This document shows positions 10,048 to 18,801 of a stretch of 64,000 nucleotides of DNA, piece after piece (the stretch's first letter is position 1; each line of letters starts with the position of its first letter). The translations under genes and the position numbers were made by a program. Under the pieces are notes generated by a model. It was not told the DNA's origin and did no database searches. It was given only the letters and a program-made list of their open reading frames with translations. This stretch comes from Candidatus Uhrbacteria bacterium (GTDB lineage: Bacteria > Patescibacteriota > Patescibacteriia > UBA9934 > GWF2-40-263): assembly GCA_016206085.1 (NCBI GenBank), contig JACQSF010000009.1:9412-73411 (forward strand), written 5' to 3'.

Positions 10048-10220
10048 ACTCGGACATGATCCGCCTCTTTGCGTATCTTCCGTTGATATGCAACCGGATC
10101 GATTCGCTTCTTTTCCCACATTCCACAAATGGCGCTCCATGCATCATCCTCCGCCGATCGCATGACTCGATTCTTAGTACAGGACATTTTCACTCGATTT
10201 TTTGCAACAGCAATAGTCAT
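10044..10220 (-). CDS. Putative antitoxin (58 aa), not in the ORF track
   Basis: Hand translation gives MTIAVAKNRVKMSCTKNRVMRSAEDDAWSAICGMWEKKRIDPVAYQRKIRKEADHVRV. Its TGA overlaps the vapC ATG (ATGA), the classic type-II TA arrangement. Fold family not recognised. Confidence 0.4.
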   Translation of the reverse strand: MTIAVAKNRVKMSCTKNRVMRSAEDDAWSAICGMWEKKRIDPVAYQRKIRKEADHVRV

Positions 10221-10261
10221 ACATGGTTACTATGCCACAAAAACAAACCTAAAACAACAAC

Positions 10262-11389
10262 TTAAATCGCCACCATCGACTTAATCGCGCCCCAGATTTG
10301 GTCGCCGAAGGTCACGAAATCTTTGTAGGTGACCAGCACCACCAACACCATCAGAAGCATGAACCCTAGGTTGTGCACCGTTACTTCCACTTTCTGATTT
10401 ACGGCACGTCCGCGGACTTTCTCGATAAGCAAGAACAAGATCCGTCCGCCATCGAGCGCCGGGAATGGCAACACGTTGATGATCGCAAGATTAATCGAAA
10501 GCACAGCCGTAAACTGAAGAAGATAGATGAGCCCCATGGCCGCCACTTGGCCGGTCATGACCGCAATGCCAACCGGACCAGAAAGATCAACAGCGACTTC
10601 TTGACGCACTACCAAATCCGCAATAAGTCCACCGAACGCTTTCAAAATCTCGATGGTGAACTGGTACGTCGTATAGATTCCCTGGCCGATCGCTTGAAAG
10701 AATGGATAGGACACAAGGCCGGTAGAGACGAATGCGATTCCCACGCCGGTTGTATCTACGGACTCGAGGTACGCACTCGTCAATGTATAGGTCGAGTAGG
10801 ATCCATCCTCCTTCTGAACAAGCACGTCAACGCCGTCCGCGGCGTGCTGGGCAAAATAGTCGCGCGCTTCCGCGTCGCTCGTTACCACCGCCCCATCAAG
10901 GGACTCGATCACGTCGCCGCTCACCACGCCGGCTTGTGCCGCAGGTGAACCCTCCACAACTTGCATCACCGTAATCTCCTGGGACTCCACACGTGCAGAG
11001 GCGGGCAGTGAGTCGTCGATGATGCTCGGAAGTCCGGCCATGTACCCAATCGAGAACAACACCGCCGCGAGTACGAGGTTCATCGCCACACCGGCGATCA
11101 ACACCACAAATCGTTTCCAGGCTTTCTTTGAGGCAAAACTATCCGGGTCATGCGCCTGCTCGCCGCTCTCGCCCTTAATCTTCACGAATCCGCCAAGTGG
11201 AATCCAGTTGATCGAGTAAACCGTCTCGCCACGTTTCACGCCCCATAATCGAGGAGGAAACCCAAATCCAAACTCCTCCACCTTCATGCCCATGCGCTTG
11301 GCCATCACAAAGTGACCAAGTTCATGTGCAAACACAAGGAGCGAGAGGACGATGATAAACAATAAAAGTGTTCCCATAAATCGCGTCAA
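10262..11389 (-). CDS. rseP: RIP zinc metalloprotease (site-2 protease, RseP family) with PDZ domain
   Basis: HELGHF motif in the first TM segment, multi-pass membrane topology, central PDZ-like region. Confidence 0.85.
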   Translation of the reverse strand: MTRFMGTLLLFIIVLSLLVFAHELGHFVMAKRMGMKVEEFGFGFPPRLWGVKRGETVYSINWIPLGGFVKIKGESGEQAHDPDSFASKKAWKRFVVLIAGVAMNLVLAAVLFSIGYMAGLPSIIDDSLPASARVESQEITVMQVVEGSPAAQAGVVSGDVIESLDGAVVTSDAEARDYFAQHAADGVDVLVQKEDGSYSTYTLTSAYLESVDTTGVGIAFVSTGLVSYPFFQAIGQGIYTTYQFTIEILKAFGGLIADLVVRQEVAVDLSGPVGIAVMTGQVAAMGLIYLLQFTAVLSINLAIINVLPFPALDGGRILFLLIEKVRGRAVNQKVEVTVHNLGFMLLMVLVVLVTYKDFVTFGDQIWGAIKSMVAI

Positions 11390-11464
11390 TCATAACGATT
11401 TTCTGGATTGCAAGCAATATCTTAGCACATGGAATGCTCTACGAACCATTTCTAATCTCAGTAT

Positions 11465-11492
11465 TATAAAAAAGTGACCTACGAGGGGTCAC
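11465..11492 (-). terminator. Rho-independent terminator at the left edge of the high-GC island
   Basis: Hairpin gtgacc-tacgag-ggtcac overlaps the stop codon and is followed on the minus strand by a T-run (plus strand ataaaaaa). Confidence 0.6.
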
Positions 11493-12526
11493 AGCAGATT
11501 GGCACGTTCGCGGCCAATGGTGCGGAAATCGCGGCCGAGGAGTGCCGAGATGAGCGTGATTTCCGCGCTCACGATCGGTGTCGGGATGCTGGTCAGCTCT
11601 CCGATGCGCTCCCAGCACACGAGACCGGCGGCCGTGTCCTCGGTGAGGTAGCGGTGCTCGAGGACGTTCGGCCCCTTGAACCCGGCCGCGCGGCCGCACG
11701 CGAGGAACTCGAGATCCTGTCGCTCGGGCTCGGCCATGGAGCCGGACTTGGAGAACAACCCGCGCAGTTCGTTCCATGCGAGCCCGCGGCCCTCCACCTC
11801 CGCGAGCAGCGTCATGCGCTCCGCATCCTTGCGCCCGAGGAGCGCGCGCACCCCGGGGGTGACCCCGTGCTCGTACATCCGGAAGTCTGGGTCGAGCTCG
11901 ATGCGGCTCGCGGAGAGCAGGCAGGGCGTGGTGTGGAAGAGCGGGTTCGGGTTCGAGAGCAACACGGACTGGACTGTGCCGCCGAACACCGGGTTCGGGG
12001 TCAGGATCGCGAGCATCTCCGCGAGTTCCGGCACGGACGACGGATCGCCCGAGTAGAGCACCGACGGGGTGAGCACGGTAACGCGCGCGACCTCTGCGTC
12101 GTGCGGGGAGATCCGACACCCGTAAGGGAGGGTATTGGCCTCCACGAGCAGCGGCACCCGCGCCTGCGAGCCGAGCCGCCGGAGCAGGAACAGCGAGCCG
12201 AGGTTGCCCGGGAAGTACAGCACCGCGCGGACGGCATCAACGACGGGCGCGAGCATGTCCGCGACCGCCTTGTGCGCGTCGGCCACCGTGGTGACGACCA
12301 CGAAGTCGACACCTTCCACCTGCGAGAGATCGGCCGCGAACGCGACGAACCCCTCGGCACGCAACATCCCGTAGATCCGAACCCCCTTCCCCGCGGCACG
12401 GATATTGTCGAGGCGGTCGATAAATCCTGGCACTTCCGAGAGCGTGACGCGGTACCCGTTGGAAGACAGATGGGCCGCGATGGTGGTGCCGGCGGCGCCA
12501 GCACCGATGATAAGAATGTGAGGCAT
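11489..12526 (-). CDS. NAD(P)-binding dehydrogenase, opine dehydrogenase / ketopantoate-reductase-like
   Basis: N-terminal Rossmann GxGxxG (MPHILIIGAGAAGTTIAAHL), 345 aa, GC-rich codon usage. Confidence 0.5.
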   Translation of the reverse strand: MPHILIIGAGAAGTTIAAHLSSNGYRVTLSEVPGFIDRLDNIRAAGKGVRIYGMLRAEGFVAFAADLSQVEGVDFVVVTTVADAHKAVADMLAPVVDAVRAVLYFPGNLGSLFLLRRLGSQARVPLLVEANTLPYGCRISPHDAEVARVTVLTPSVLYSGDPSSVPELAEMLAILTPNPVFGGTVQSVLLSNPNPLFHTTPCLLSASRIELDPDFRMYEHGVTPGVRALLGRKDAERMTLLAEVEGRGLAWNELRGLFSKSGSMAEPERQDLEFLACGRAAGFKGPNVLEHRYLTEDTAAGLVCWERIGELTSIPTPIVSAEITLISALLGRDFRTIGRERANLL

Positions 12527-12902
12527 CTACTAACTCCAATCAGCAACGGAACCGTATCCATTTTTTGAATAAATGTCAAGGGAATATGAAAAAACCGCCC
12601 GGGATTAGCCGAGCGGGACGAGGATGGCGCAGATCGCCTGCGCGTCCGGGATCACGGTGCGTCCCGCGCAGTTGGGTCGGATCTTCAGCCCGCGCTCGAC
12701 GAGCACCTTGGCGATGGCGAGCGTGTCCGCCCATACCGTGCATGTTATCTCCATCCAGAACTTCGTCTACCAGCGACGACCAATGCTGTTGAGAATACGA
12801 ATGGGCGGATTCGCTCTGTCCTCAATCGTGCTCGTGGGTGTCGGACTCCTGAATCACTCATTCACTGGATCACGGCGTTTCTCTGGTTCCATCCGACAGT
12901 GA

Positions 12903-13283
12903 AATGTCGACCAAAATTACCAACAGAAATTCGGCGTGTATCCCACATATGCCCGAGCCATTCGGACACTGCCAAAGGAACTCGCGAAGTCACTCACCTA
13001 CGACCAAGGGAAAGAAATGAGTGACCACAAAGCGTTTACATTTTCTACCGGCATGAAGGTATACTTCGCTCATCCAAGCAGTCCATGGGAACGTGGCACA
13101 AACGAAAATACCAACGGACTTATTCGTCAGTATTTTCCAAAGGGCACGGACTTCCGTACAGTCTCAACAAAAGAGATTAAGCGGGTACAGCGTCAGTTGA
13201 ATCAACGACCAAGAAAGACGCTCGGCCACCTCACGCCAGAAGAAACCATTAACAATATCGTTGCGTTAAAAGTTGGAAACTAA
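12903..13283 (+). mobile_element. IS30-family transposase C-terminal fragment (remnant/pseudogene)
   Basis: ...YFAHPSSPWERGTNENTNGLIRQYFPKGTDF...LNQRPRKTLG is the conserved IS30 DDE C-terminus. Only about 126 codons are present, an in-frame stop lies at 12900, and no N-terminal HTH/DDE region or inverted repeats were seen. Its low G+C contrasts with the surrounding high-GC DNA. Confidence 0.75.
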
Positions 13284-13302
13284 GTATCAAAAAACCTCCC
13301 CG

Positions 13303-14376
13303 TTACGAGGAGGTTACGATCCAGAGGACGTCGCCGTCCTGAACCGCGTAGTCGCGGCCGACCGTTTGGAAGGTACCGCGGGCGCGGATGGCCTGTTCGC
13401 CGACCTCGCAGATTTGGTCGAGCGAGAACACCTGCGCCTTCAGAAAGGTGCCGAGGAAGTCCGTGTGGATCATTCCGGCGGCCTCGTGCGCCGTGGTTCC
13501 GCAGCGGATGGGCCACGCACGGGTCACGCCCTTGCCGAACGTGTAGAAGGTGACGAGGCCAAGCGTGTCGTAGCAGCCGCGAACCACCTCGTCGACGGAC
13601 CCGTCGACGCCGAGCGATGTACGTAGCTCCGCGCGCTCCGCCACGTCGTCGATGTCCGAGAGTTCGCGCTCGGCGCGGATGCTGAGCGGAATCGCCGGGT
13701 GGCCGAGTGCCTTCTCCCAGTGCGCGCGGTCGAATGGGCCGTTCTCGCCGACGTTCATGACCACGAGCACGGGCTTGAGCGTGAGGAACTCGTAGACGCG
13801 CAGGCGCTCGAGCTCGTCGGGGGTTAGTCCGGCCTCGCGCGCGGTCTTGCGCTCGTCGCGCATGGCGCGCCAGAGCTTCTCGAGCGCGGCGTGCTTCGCG
13901 ATCGAATCCTTGTCGTTGGTGTTGCGCGCGCGGGATTTCTCCGCGATGCGGTACTTGTTGACGAGTGCGAGGTCGGCCATGACCAGCTCCTCGTCGATGA
14001 TCCGGAGGTCGCGCGACGGGTCGACCGAATCCTCCACGTGCGTCACGTCGCCGTCCTCGAAGGCGCGAACCACGTGCAGGATCATGTCCACGCCGCGCAC
14101 GTGCGCGAGGAACTCGTTGCCGAGCCCCACGCCCTGATGCGCGTTGCGAACCAGCCCCGCGATGTCCACGAACTCGATCTGGCTTGCCATGAGCTCCGCG
14201 CAGCCGGTGGCTCGAGCCAGGCGGTCGAGCCGCTCGTCCGGAATCGTGACGATGGAGACGTTCGGTTCGATCGTGCAGAACGCAAAATTCTCCGCGGGCA
14301 CGTTCCGGCGGGTCAGGGCGTTGAAGAGGGTGGACTTCCCGACGTTCGGGAGTCCGACGATTCCGACTCGAAGCAT
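13303..14376 (-). CDS. ychF: Ribosome-binding ATPase YchF (Obg-family GTPase-like, TGS C-terminal domain)
   Basis: GIVGLPNVGKSTLFNALT P-loop plus the characteristic YchF C-terminus. High-GC codon usage. Confidence 0.9.
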   Translation of the reverse strand: MLRVGIVGLPNVGKSTLFNALTRRNVPAENFAFCTIEPNVSIVTIPDERLDRLARATGCAELMASQIEFVDIAGLVRNAHQGVGLGNEFLAHVRGVDMILHVVRAFEDGDVTHVEDSVDPSRDLRIIDEELVMADLALVNKYRIAEKSRARNTNDKDSIAKHAALEKLWRAMRDERKTAREAGLTPDELERLRVYEFLTLKPVLVVMNVGENGPFDRAHWEKALGHPAIPLSIRAERELSDIDDVAERAELRTSLGVDGSVDEVVRGCYDTLGLVTFYTFGKGVTRAWPIRCGTTAHEAAGMIHTDFLGTFLKAQVFSLDQICEVGEQAIRARGTFQTVGRDYAVQDGDVLWIVTSS

Positions 14377-14406
14377 AGGGATTCTCCAGGAAACCGAACT
14401 GACAGT

Positions 14407-14432
14407 GTAGCCAAACCGCGCGACGTTGGCAA
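14407..14432 (-). promoter_or_regulatory. Putative sigma70-type promoter for ychF (TTGCCA-N17-TACACT)
   Basis: Minus-strand read ttgccaacgtcgcgcggtttggctacact lies about 30 nt upstream of the ychF ATG. GGAG Shine-Dalgarno sits 9 nt upstream of the ATG. Confidence 0.35.
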
Positions 14433-14459
14433 GAAAAAAGCCCGAGCTAGCGCTCAGGC
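14431..14459 (-). terminator. Rho-independent terminator ending the tyrS...GATase operon
   Basis: GC-rich hairpin gcctgagcgctagctcgggc followed by TTTTTT on the minus strand. Overlaps the GATase stop codon. Confidence 0.5.
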
Positions 14460-15104
14460 CGTGATGGCATCGAAGAAAAACCGGCTCGCAAACGCCGCCG
14501 CGGGACCGGGATCCGGGAAGCGGTCGTTGTGGAGCTCGGACGGCGCGAGGCCCGCGCCACGGTAGATGCGCTCCGCGTCCGCGGGGCCGATCTCCGGGTG
14601 GTAGGCCGTCGCGAGGATACGATCCCCGACCGCAAACGCCTCCACTGCGTCACGTGGCGAGTCCGCAAGCAGGCGCGCCCCTGGCGGCAGCCGCACGATG
14701 TGGTTGCTGTGGAACTCAAACTGCACGTAACGGGTGCACAGCGGGAACATTCGATGATCCGCGAGCTGACGGATCTCGTTCCACCCGCGCACGGTCTCGC
14801 CGCGCACCACATCTCCTCCGAGCGCGAGCACAATGAGCTGCGCACCGAGGCAGATGCCCACCAGCATGGGCGCGGCCGGATCCGAGGCGAGCGCGCGGAC
14901 GCGGTCAAATTCCTCCTGGATGAACGGATGTCTAGCCCGATCCTCCTCGTTGGCGGACATGGGCCCGCCGCCGAGCATGAGGACATCAAACGACTCCGGA
15001 ACCGTCTCGCCGAGATAGCGCCGGACCACCCTGGAACCGGGAAGCCAGTTCATGAAGGCCGAGCCGCGTTCCGGGGCGAACTCGCAGACAATGATCCGCC
15101 TCAT
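14454..15104 (-). CDS. Class-I glutamine amidotransferase-like protein (GATase1 / gamma-glutamyl hydrolase-like)
   Basis: Nucleophile-elbow motif GICLGAQL. Start taken at MRRIIVCEF, which overlaps the upstream stop by ATGA. Confidence 0.7.
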   Translation of the reverse strand: MRRIIVCEFAPERGSAFMNWLPGSRVVRRYLGETVPESFDVLMLGGGPMSANEEDRARHPFIQEEFDRVRALASDPAAPMLVGICLGAQLIVLALGGDVVRGETVRGWNEIRQLADHRMFPLCTRYVQFEFHSNHIVRLPPGARLLADSPRDAVEAFAVGDRILATAYHPEIGPADAERIYRGAGLAPSELHNDRFPDPGPAAAFASRFFFDAITA

Positions 15105-16411
15105 GATGCACTCCTTTGTACGATGTTCCACCAAGGCGAGCGACCTGTGAGCCGCTCGTACATCTCGGGATACCCTTCACCCCCGCGCTCGATGGTGAGG
15201 TGTCGGCCACTTCCGGTCGTGCGGATCATCCCATACTCATCCTCCGGATCCGGCACCCGGAGGGCGACGATTTTCTCCCAGTCCGGCTCGGCGCCGAGCC
15301 CCTCGCCCGCGAATGCGACAGACCGGCCGTCCTCGGCCGTCTGAAACGCGCCGTGGATCAGGTGTCGCGCACCCGTGAACCAGTCTGACGCCGGCTGCCA
15401 TCCGTCGCACGGGAGCGAGACAGTGCGGAGCACCGACGCGGCGTGCTGGTCGTAGCAGCGACCGATCGCTGTCGGGAAGGTCCCGCCGACGAGGCTTCGC
15501 ACCGGCTGGTCAACGGTGGCCTCGACCGCCAGACGCTCGAGCTCGAGTGACCGACGGATCCCGCCGAGCTTCTGGATCTTCATGTTGAGCCAGACGCCCG
15601 AGCGCGCGAGAACGCGTGCGTCAGACTCGTTGAGGAACGACTCGTCCGCAACCACATGCAGGCCGAATGCATTCCGTGCGATTCGGTGCGCGTACACGAT
15701 TCCCTCGGCGCCGAAGCGCTCGCCAATAGGCTGCTCGCTGAACGCCCAGGTCTCGATCCATGGGATGTCCCGCGCCCACGCGATTACACCCTCCCACTCC
15801 TCCGGTCCGAGCGAGCCGTTGAAGTCCGTGGAAAAGGTGCCCTGCGTCTCGTGTGCGACCTCGGCGGCCGCGTGCAGGACGGTGCTGGTATATTCCATGT
15901 CCGTGCCGCACTTAAACTTGGGCGTGCGCCCGACGGCGAGGATGCGCCCGACGGCCGCGCGGATCGCGGGCTCATTGGCGAGGATACCGACGCTCTCGAG
16001 CACACACCCGCTTCCCGGCCGATGGCCGTACAGGTTGCAGACGTTGGTACCGGTCATGCGCGCGGCGGCTGCATCGAGTGCCATGTTGATGGCCGCCTGC
16101 GTCGCGTATACACCGTCACGCTCGCGCTCGACCCACGCCTCGTCGAGTAGCGTCTCGCGATCCCCGATGCGGCGGCCAACGAGCAGCGCGGAGTGGAGCG
16201 CGAAAATGATGTCCCACGCGTCGTAGTGCGAGAACGGGAAATCGATCGACGCTTCGCCGACGACGGTGAACGGTGCACCCGCGTCCGGCTCCACCGTGAG
16301 GCGGAGCAACACGCGCGGCAGGTCACGTAACGTCCCGAACCCGAGCCGAAACGGCTGGGAAAGCGGGATCGCGAGCAGCAGGATGTCTCTGCTAATGATC
16401 GTAGCGTTCAT
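15101..16411 (-). CDS. Enolase-superfamily enzyme (mandelate racemase / muconate lactonizing enzyme; dipeptide-epimerase-like)
   Basis: 436 aa. N-terminal capping domain, KxK-type motif MKIQKLGGI, barrel-domain acidic residues. Strong AAGGAGGG Shine-Dalgarno upstream. Confidence 0.65.
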   Translation of the reverse strand: MNATIISRDILLLAIPLSQPFRLGFGTLRDLPRVLLRLTVEPDAGAPFTVVGEASIDFPFSHYDAWDIIFALHSALLVGRRIGDRETLLDEAWVERERDGVYATQAAINMALDAAAARMTGTNVCNLYGHRPGSGCVLESVGILANEPAIRAAVGRILAVGRTPKFKCGTDMEYTSTVLHAAAEVAHETQGTFSTDFNGSLGPEEWEGVIAWARDIPWIETWAFSEQPIGERFGAEGIVYAHRIARNAFGLHVVADESFLNESDARVLARSGVWLNMKIQKLGGIRRSLELERLAVEATVDQPVRSLVGGTFPTAIGRCYDQHAASVLRTVSLPCDGWQPASDWFTGARHLIHGAFQTAEDGRSVAFAGEGLGAEPDWEKIVALRVPDPEDEYGMIRTTGSGRHLTIERGGEGYPEMYERLTGRSPWWNIVQRSAS

Positions 16412-16443
16412 CGATCCCTCCTTGATATCTGGAAATATAAAGA

Positions 16444-16489
16444 GCCACTCCGATCTTGGGACGTCTTGAACGTCCTGTCAAGGAGTGGC
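16444..16489 (-). other. Intercistronic stem-loop (8-bp stem gccactcc/ggagtggc enclosing a nested hairpin) between the 293-aa gene and the MR/MLE gene
   Basis: Seen directly. Lies 10 nt after the upstream stop and before the Shine-Dalgarno of the next cistron. No T-tract follows. Confidence 0.3.
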
Positions 16490-16498
16490 CGTTGACTT

Positions 16499-17380
16499 CT
16501 ATGCGAGGATCTGATCGATGAGTGCTTGGACGCGCACGAACACGTCCGTCCCGTGCTGAGGCTGCGATCCGGTGAGCCGGTCCCAGAGACGGAGAATACC
16601 ACCCAAGTGACGCACCAACCCACCCATGGTCTTGTCGGCACCCCAACTAGGCAAAGCTTGCTCGATCTTAGCACGAACATCCTCACCGGGCTTGAACAAG
16701 ATCCGTCGCTCGTCGGCGACCGCGATGTACGGGGACGCCCGCATGCGTTTCGGATCGAGCGTCCGTCCCGCGACCACGTAGGCGAAGGACATGTGCTCGT
16801 CGCAGCGCACGCGGAACTCCCGGTCGTACAGCCGTTCGTCGAAGCCAAGCTCCGACTCGCCCGCCTGGAGGAGCCAGCCGAGCTTCAGACGCACGCTGTG
16901 CGTCTCGCGGTACCAGAGCATGTCCGCGAGCTCGCGGCGCACGTACTCGGCCTTGTCGGTGTGCACGCGCGCGAGGAGCGCCTCGTACTCGTCCGAGCGG
17001 TCGAAGTCACTCGAGAGGCGGACGTCTACCGGGATGTCGGCGGCCCTCGCGATCTTGCCGATCACGTCCCGGTACTCCGCCGCCATGGCCGCGACCACTT
17101 CCGGCGTGCAGAAGGGGTTAGTCAGCGCGTGCGTGTCTGCGATGTGGTGGTAGATGCGGTCGAGCCCCATCAGCCTGCGAAGTCGCTCGGCTCCAAGGAT
17201 GAAGATGAGGATGTCAAACGGAAGCCCGATCGACGGCGAACGCGGGGTGGTCAGACCTGTCCCGTAGTAAACCGATCCGAAGGGTTTCGTGAGAAACGCC
17301 GGATCGATCATGGCGAGCGATGGTTCCGAGTGGAACAGGGGCTCGTTCTGCAAAAAAATCCTGAGTTGATCTTCAGTCAT
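16499..17380 (-). CDS. Hypothetical protein (293 aa) of the island operon
   Basis: Long GC-rich ORF, translationally coupled (ATGA) to the upstream GCS2 gene. No recognisable motif. Confidence 0.5.
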   Translation of the reverse strand: MTEDQLRIFLQNEPLFHSEPSLAMIDPAFLTKPFGSVYYGTGLTTPRSPSIGLPFDILIFILGAERLRRLMGLDRIYHHIADTHALTNPFCTPEVVAAMAAEYRDVIGKIARAADIPVDVRLSSDFDRSDEYEALLARVHTDKAEYVRRELADMLWYRETHSVRLKLGWLLQAGESELGFDERLYDREFRVRCDEHMSFAYVVAGRTLDPKRMRASPYIAVADERRILFKPGEDVRAKIEQALPSWGADKTMGGLVRHLGGILRLWDRLTGSQPQHGTDVFVRVQALIDQILA

Positions 17381-18801
17381 ATGTCTTCGTCCTTGTAGGT
17401 GAGGAAATACTGCCGAAACAAATCACGATCGATCGGTTTATTGCCGATGCTACGCTCTCCCCACATCTGTCGCAAGCTCCGAAACGCGATGTCCGACGGG
17501 CTGCCGAACACGCTGCGGTCTTTCCAAATCTCGCGAACCTGGTCGATCTCCTCGGACGAGGCACCGAGCTCACACATACCATTCTCGGCGAGCTGGGTCT
17601 GCCGTTTCATGACGTCGCGCGCCGACAGACGGACAGGTTCGCCTTCCGTCATCTGCCAGAGCTTGCCGTCCATGCCGAGCGTCATCGCAGACCACCGATT
17701 GTCATGCAGGAGCGGCATGGGCAGGAGCGGGATATCCGCGGCTCGCGCACCAATGACGTGTCCGACGGCGAAGGCGACCATCGCATAGTCCTCGAGCGAG
17801 GTCGGCTGTATGGAAAGCGGCCGAAACTCGAGTACGATCTGCGGATCGGATTCCCCGATGCGAAGAAATTTAATCCGCGCGTCGCGCCAGTACAAGCCGG
17901 TCGCGAGCGGGAACGCCGCCTCCGGGATGTGCAGGATCGACGGCTGGTCGTGGAGATCCTCGAAGTACGCCTCGAGGGTGTGGAAATAGCCCGTCGGGAG
18001 CCCCGTGCGTCCACTCAGGCCACGCGACACCTCCCCAGGAGTACGAATGTCATGACTGAACTCCCACACGATCCCGCGGATGTCCGCGTAACCACTGTCC
18101 ACACCGTCAACGAAGCGCGCGTTTGCACCCATCGCCACGGCGTATGGCCCGGAGACCAACGCCAGATTCAGGAGCTGGAGCGCCTCCTCGGAGGAGTGAC
18201 AATCAAGGTTGTACTGCACGCTCGACATCATCCCCAGTCCGGCTGCGTGGTCGCAACGAATGAGTCCCCCGTCCCGACCGATGAAGGTCGGGAGTCCGTC
18301 TCGACGGTGGCGGCGGTGGAAGTCGGGGACGAGGACGTAGCGATCCTTCGCGCGCTTGGAGCGGCCGCGTTGGTCTGCGTGGACGAGCGGATCGGATCCG
18401 AGGCGCACGATGGAAGCTCCAACCGCGCCAACCCGACTCCGGAGGAGCGAGGTTTCGGAACGGATGGCATTGCGCAACTGACCAAACCCGCCCGCGACCG
18501 TGATGTCGATTGGAGGGGTCATGATCTCAATCTGGGCGGCACCAAGCTCGTATTGGTAGGACGGATACTTCTGAACTAACGCGTTGCGCGTGTCCTCGTC
18601 GAGCGGCTCACCCTCCCGTGTCATACAGGAGAACTCGAGCTCGACGCCGACGCGTCTACCGGTCTTGTTGGATCCGGTGTCGACCGTGCGGTCGAGAATA
18701 GACTCCGCCGTCTCACGGAAGAGCGCACGCATCTCTGGGAAGAACGGATAGAGCGCATCAAAGCGCTCCGCACGACTGGTGGAAAATCGCCGGAACATCA
18801 T
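17377..18801 (-). CDS. Carboxylate-amine ligase, glutamate--cysteine ligase family 2 (GCS2/YbdK-like)
   Basis: Real start MMFRRF... at 18801, with ATGA overlap of the tyrS stop. N-terminal GVELEFS motif is typical of GCS2. The 140-aa Arg-rich N-terminal extension in the listed 614-aa ORF is a GC-rich out-of-frame read through tyrS. Confidence 0.65.
   Translation of the reverse strand: MMFRRFSTSRAERFDALYPFFPEMRALFRETAESILDRTVDTGSNKTGRRVGVELEFSCMTREGEPLDEDTRNALVQKYPSYQYELGAAQIEIMTPPIDITVAGGFGQLRNAIRSETSLLRSRVGAVGASIVRLGSDPLVHADQRGRSKRAKDRYVLVPDFHRRHRRDGLPTFIGRDGGLIRCDHAAGLGMMSSVQYNLDCHSSEEALQLLNLALVSGPYAVAMGANARFVDGVDSGYADIRGIVWEFSHDIRTPGEVSRGLSGRTGLPTGYFHTLEAYFEDLHDQPSILHIPEAAFPLATGLYWRDARIKFLRIGESDPQIVLEFRPLSIQPTSLEDYAMVAFAVGHVIGARAADIPLLPMPLLHDNRWSAMTLGMDGKLWQMTEGEPVRLSARDVMKRQTQLAENGMCELGASSEEIDQVREIWKDRSVFGSPSDIAFRSLRQMWGERSIGNKPIDRDLFRQYFLTYKDEDI

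Noticed and set aside
11439-12579. Multiple long overlapping ORFs on both strands (for example 11439..12119, 11474..12568, 12001..12579, 12237..12539)
   Set aside because: They sit in the high-GC island, where stop codons are rare in all frames. They overlap the dehydrogenase gene, have Arg/Ala/Pro-rich low-complexity translations and lack start context. They are treated as compositional artefacts.
13273-16226. Antisense ORFs inside ychF, the GATase1 gene and the MR/MLE gene (for example 13273..13626, 13891..14565, 14529..15344, 15516..16226)
   Set aside because: They are antisense to genes with clear conserved motifs and sit in GC-rich DNA. No independent support.
16499-17380. Cyclodipeptide synthase identity for the 293-aa island protein (would fit with tyrS)
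   Set aside because: No GxSxGNS pocket motif and no conserved Y...E catalytic residues recognisable. Left as unknown.
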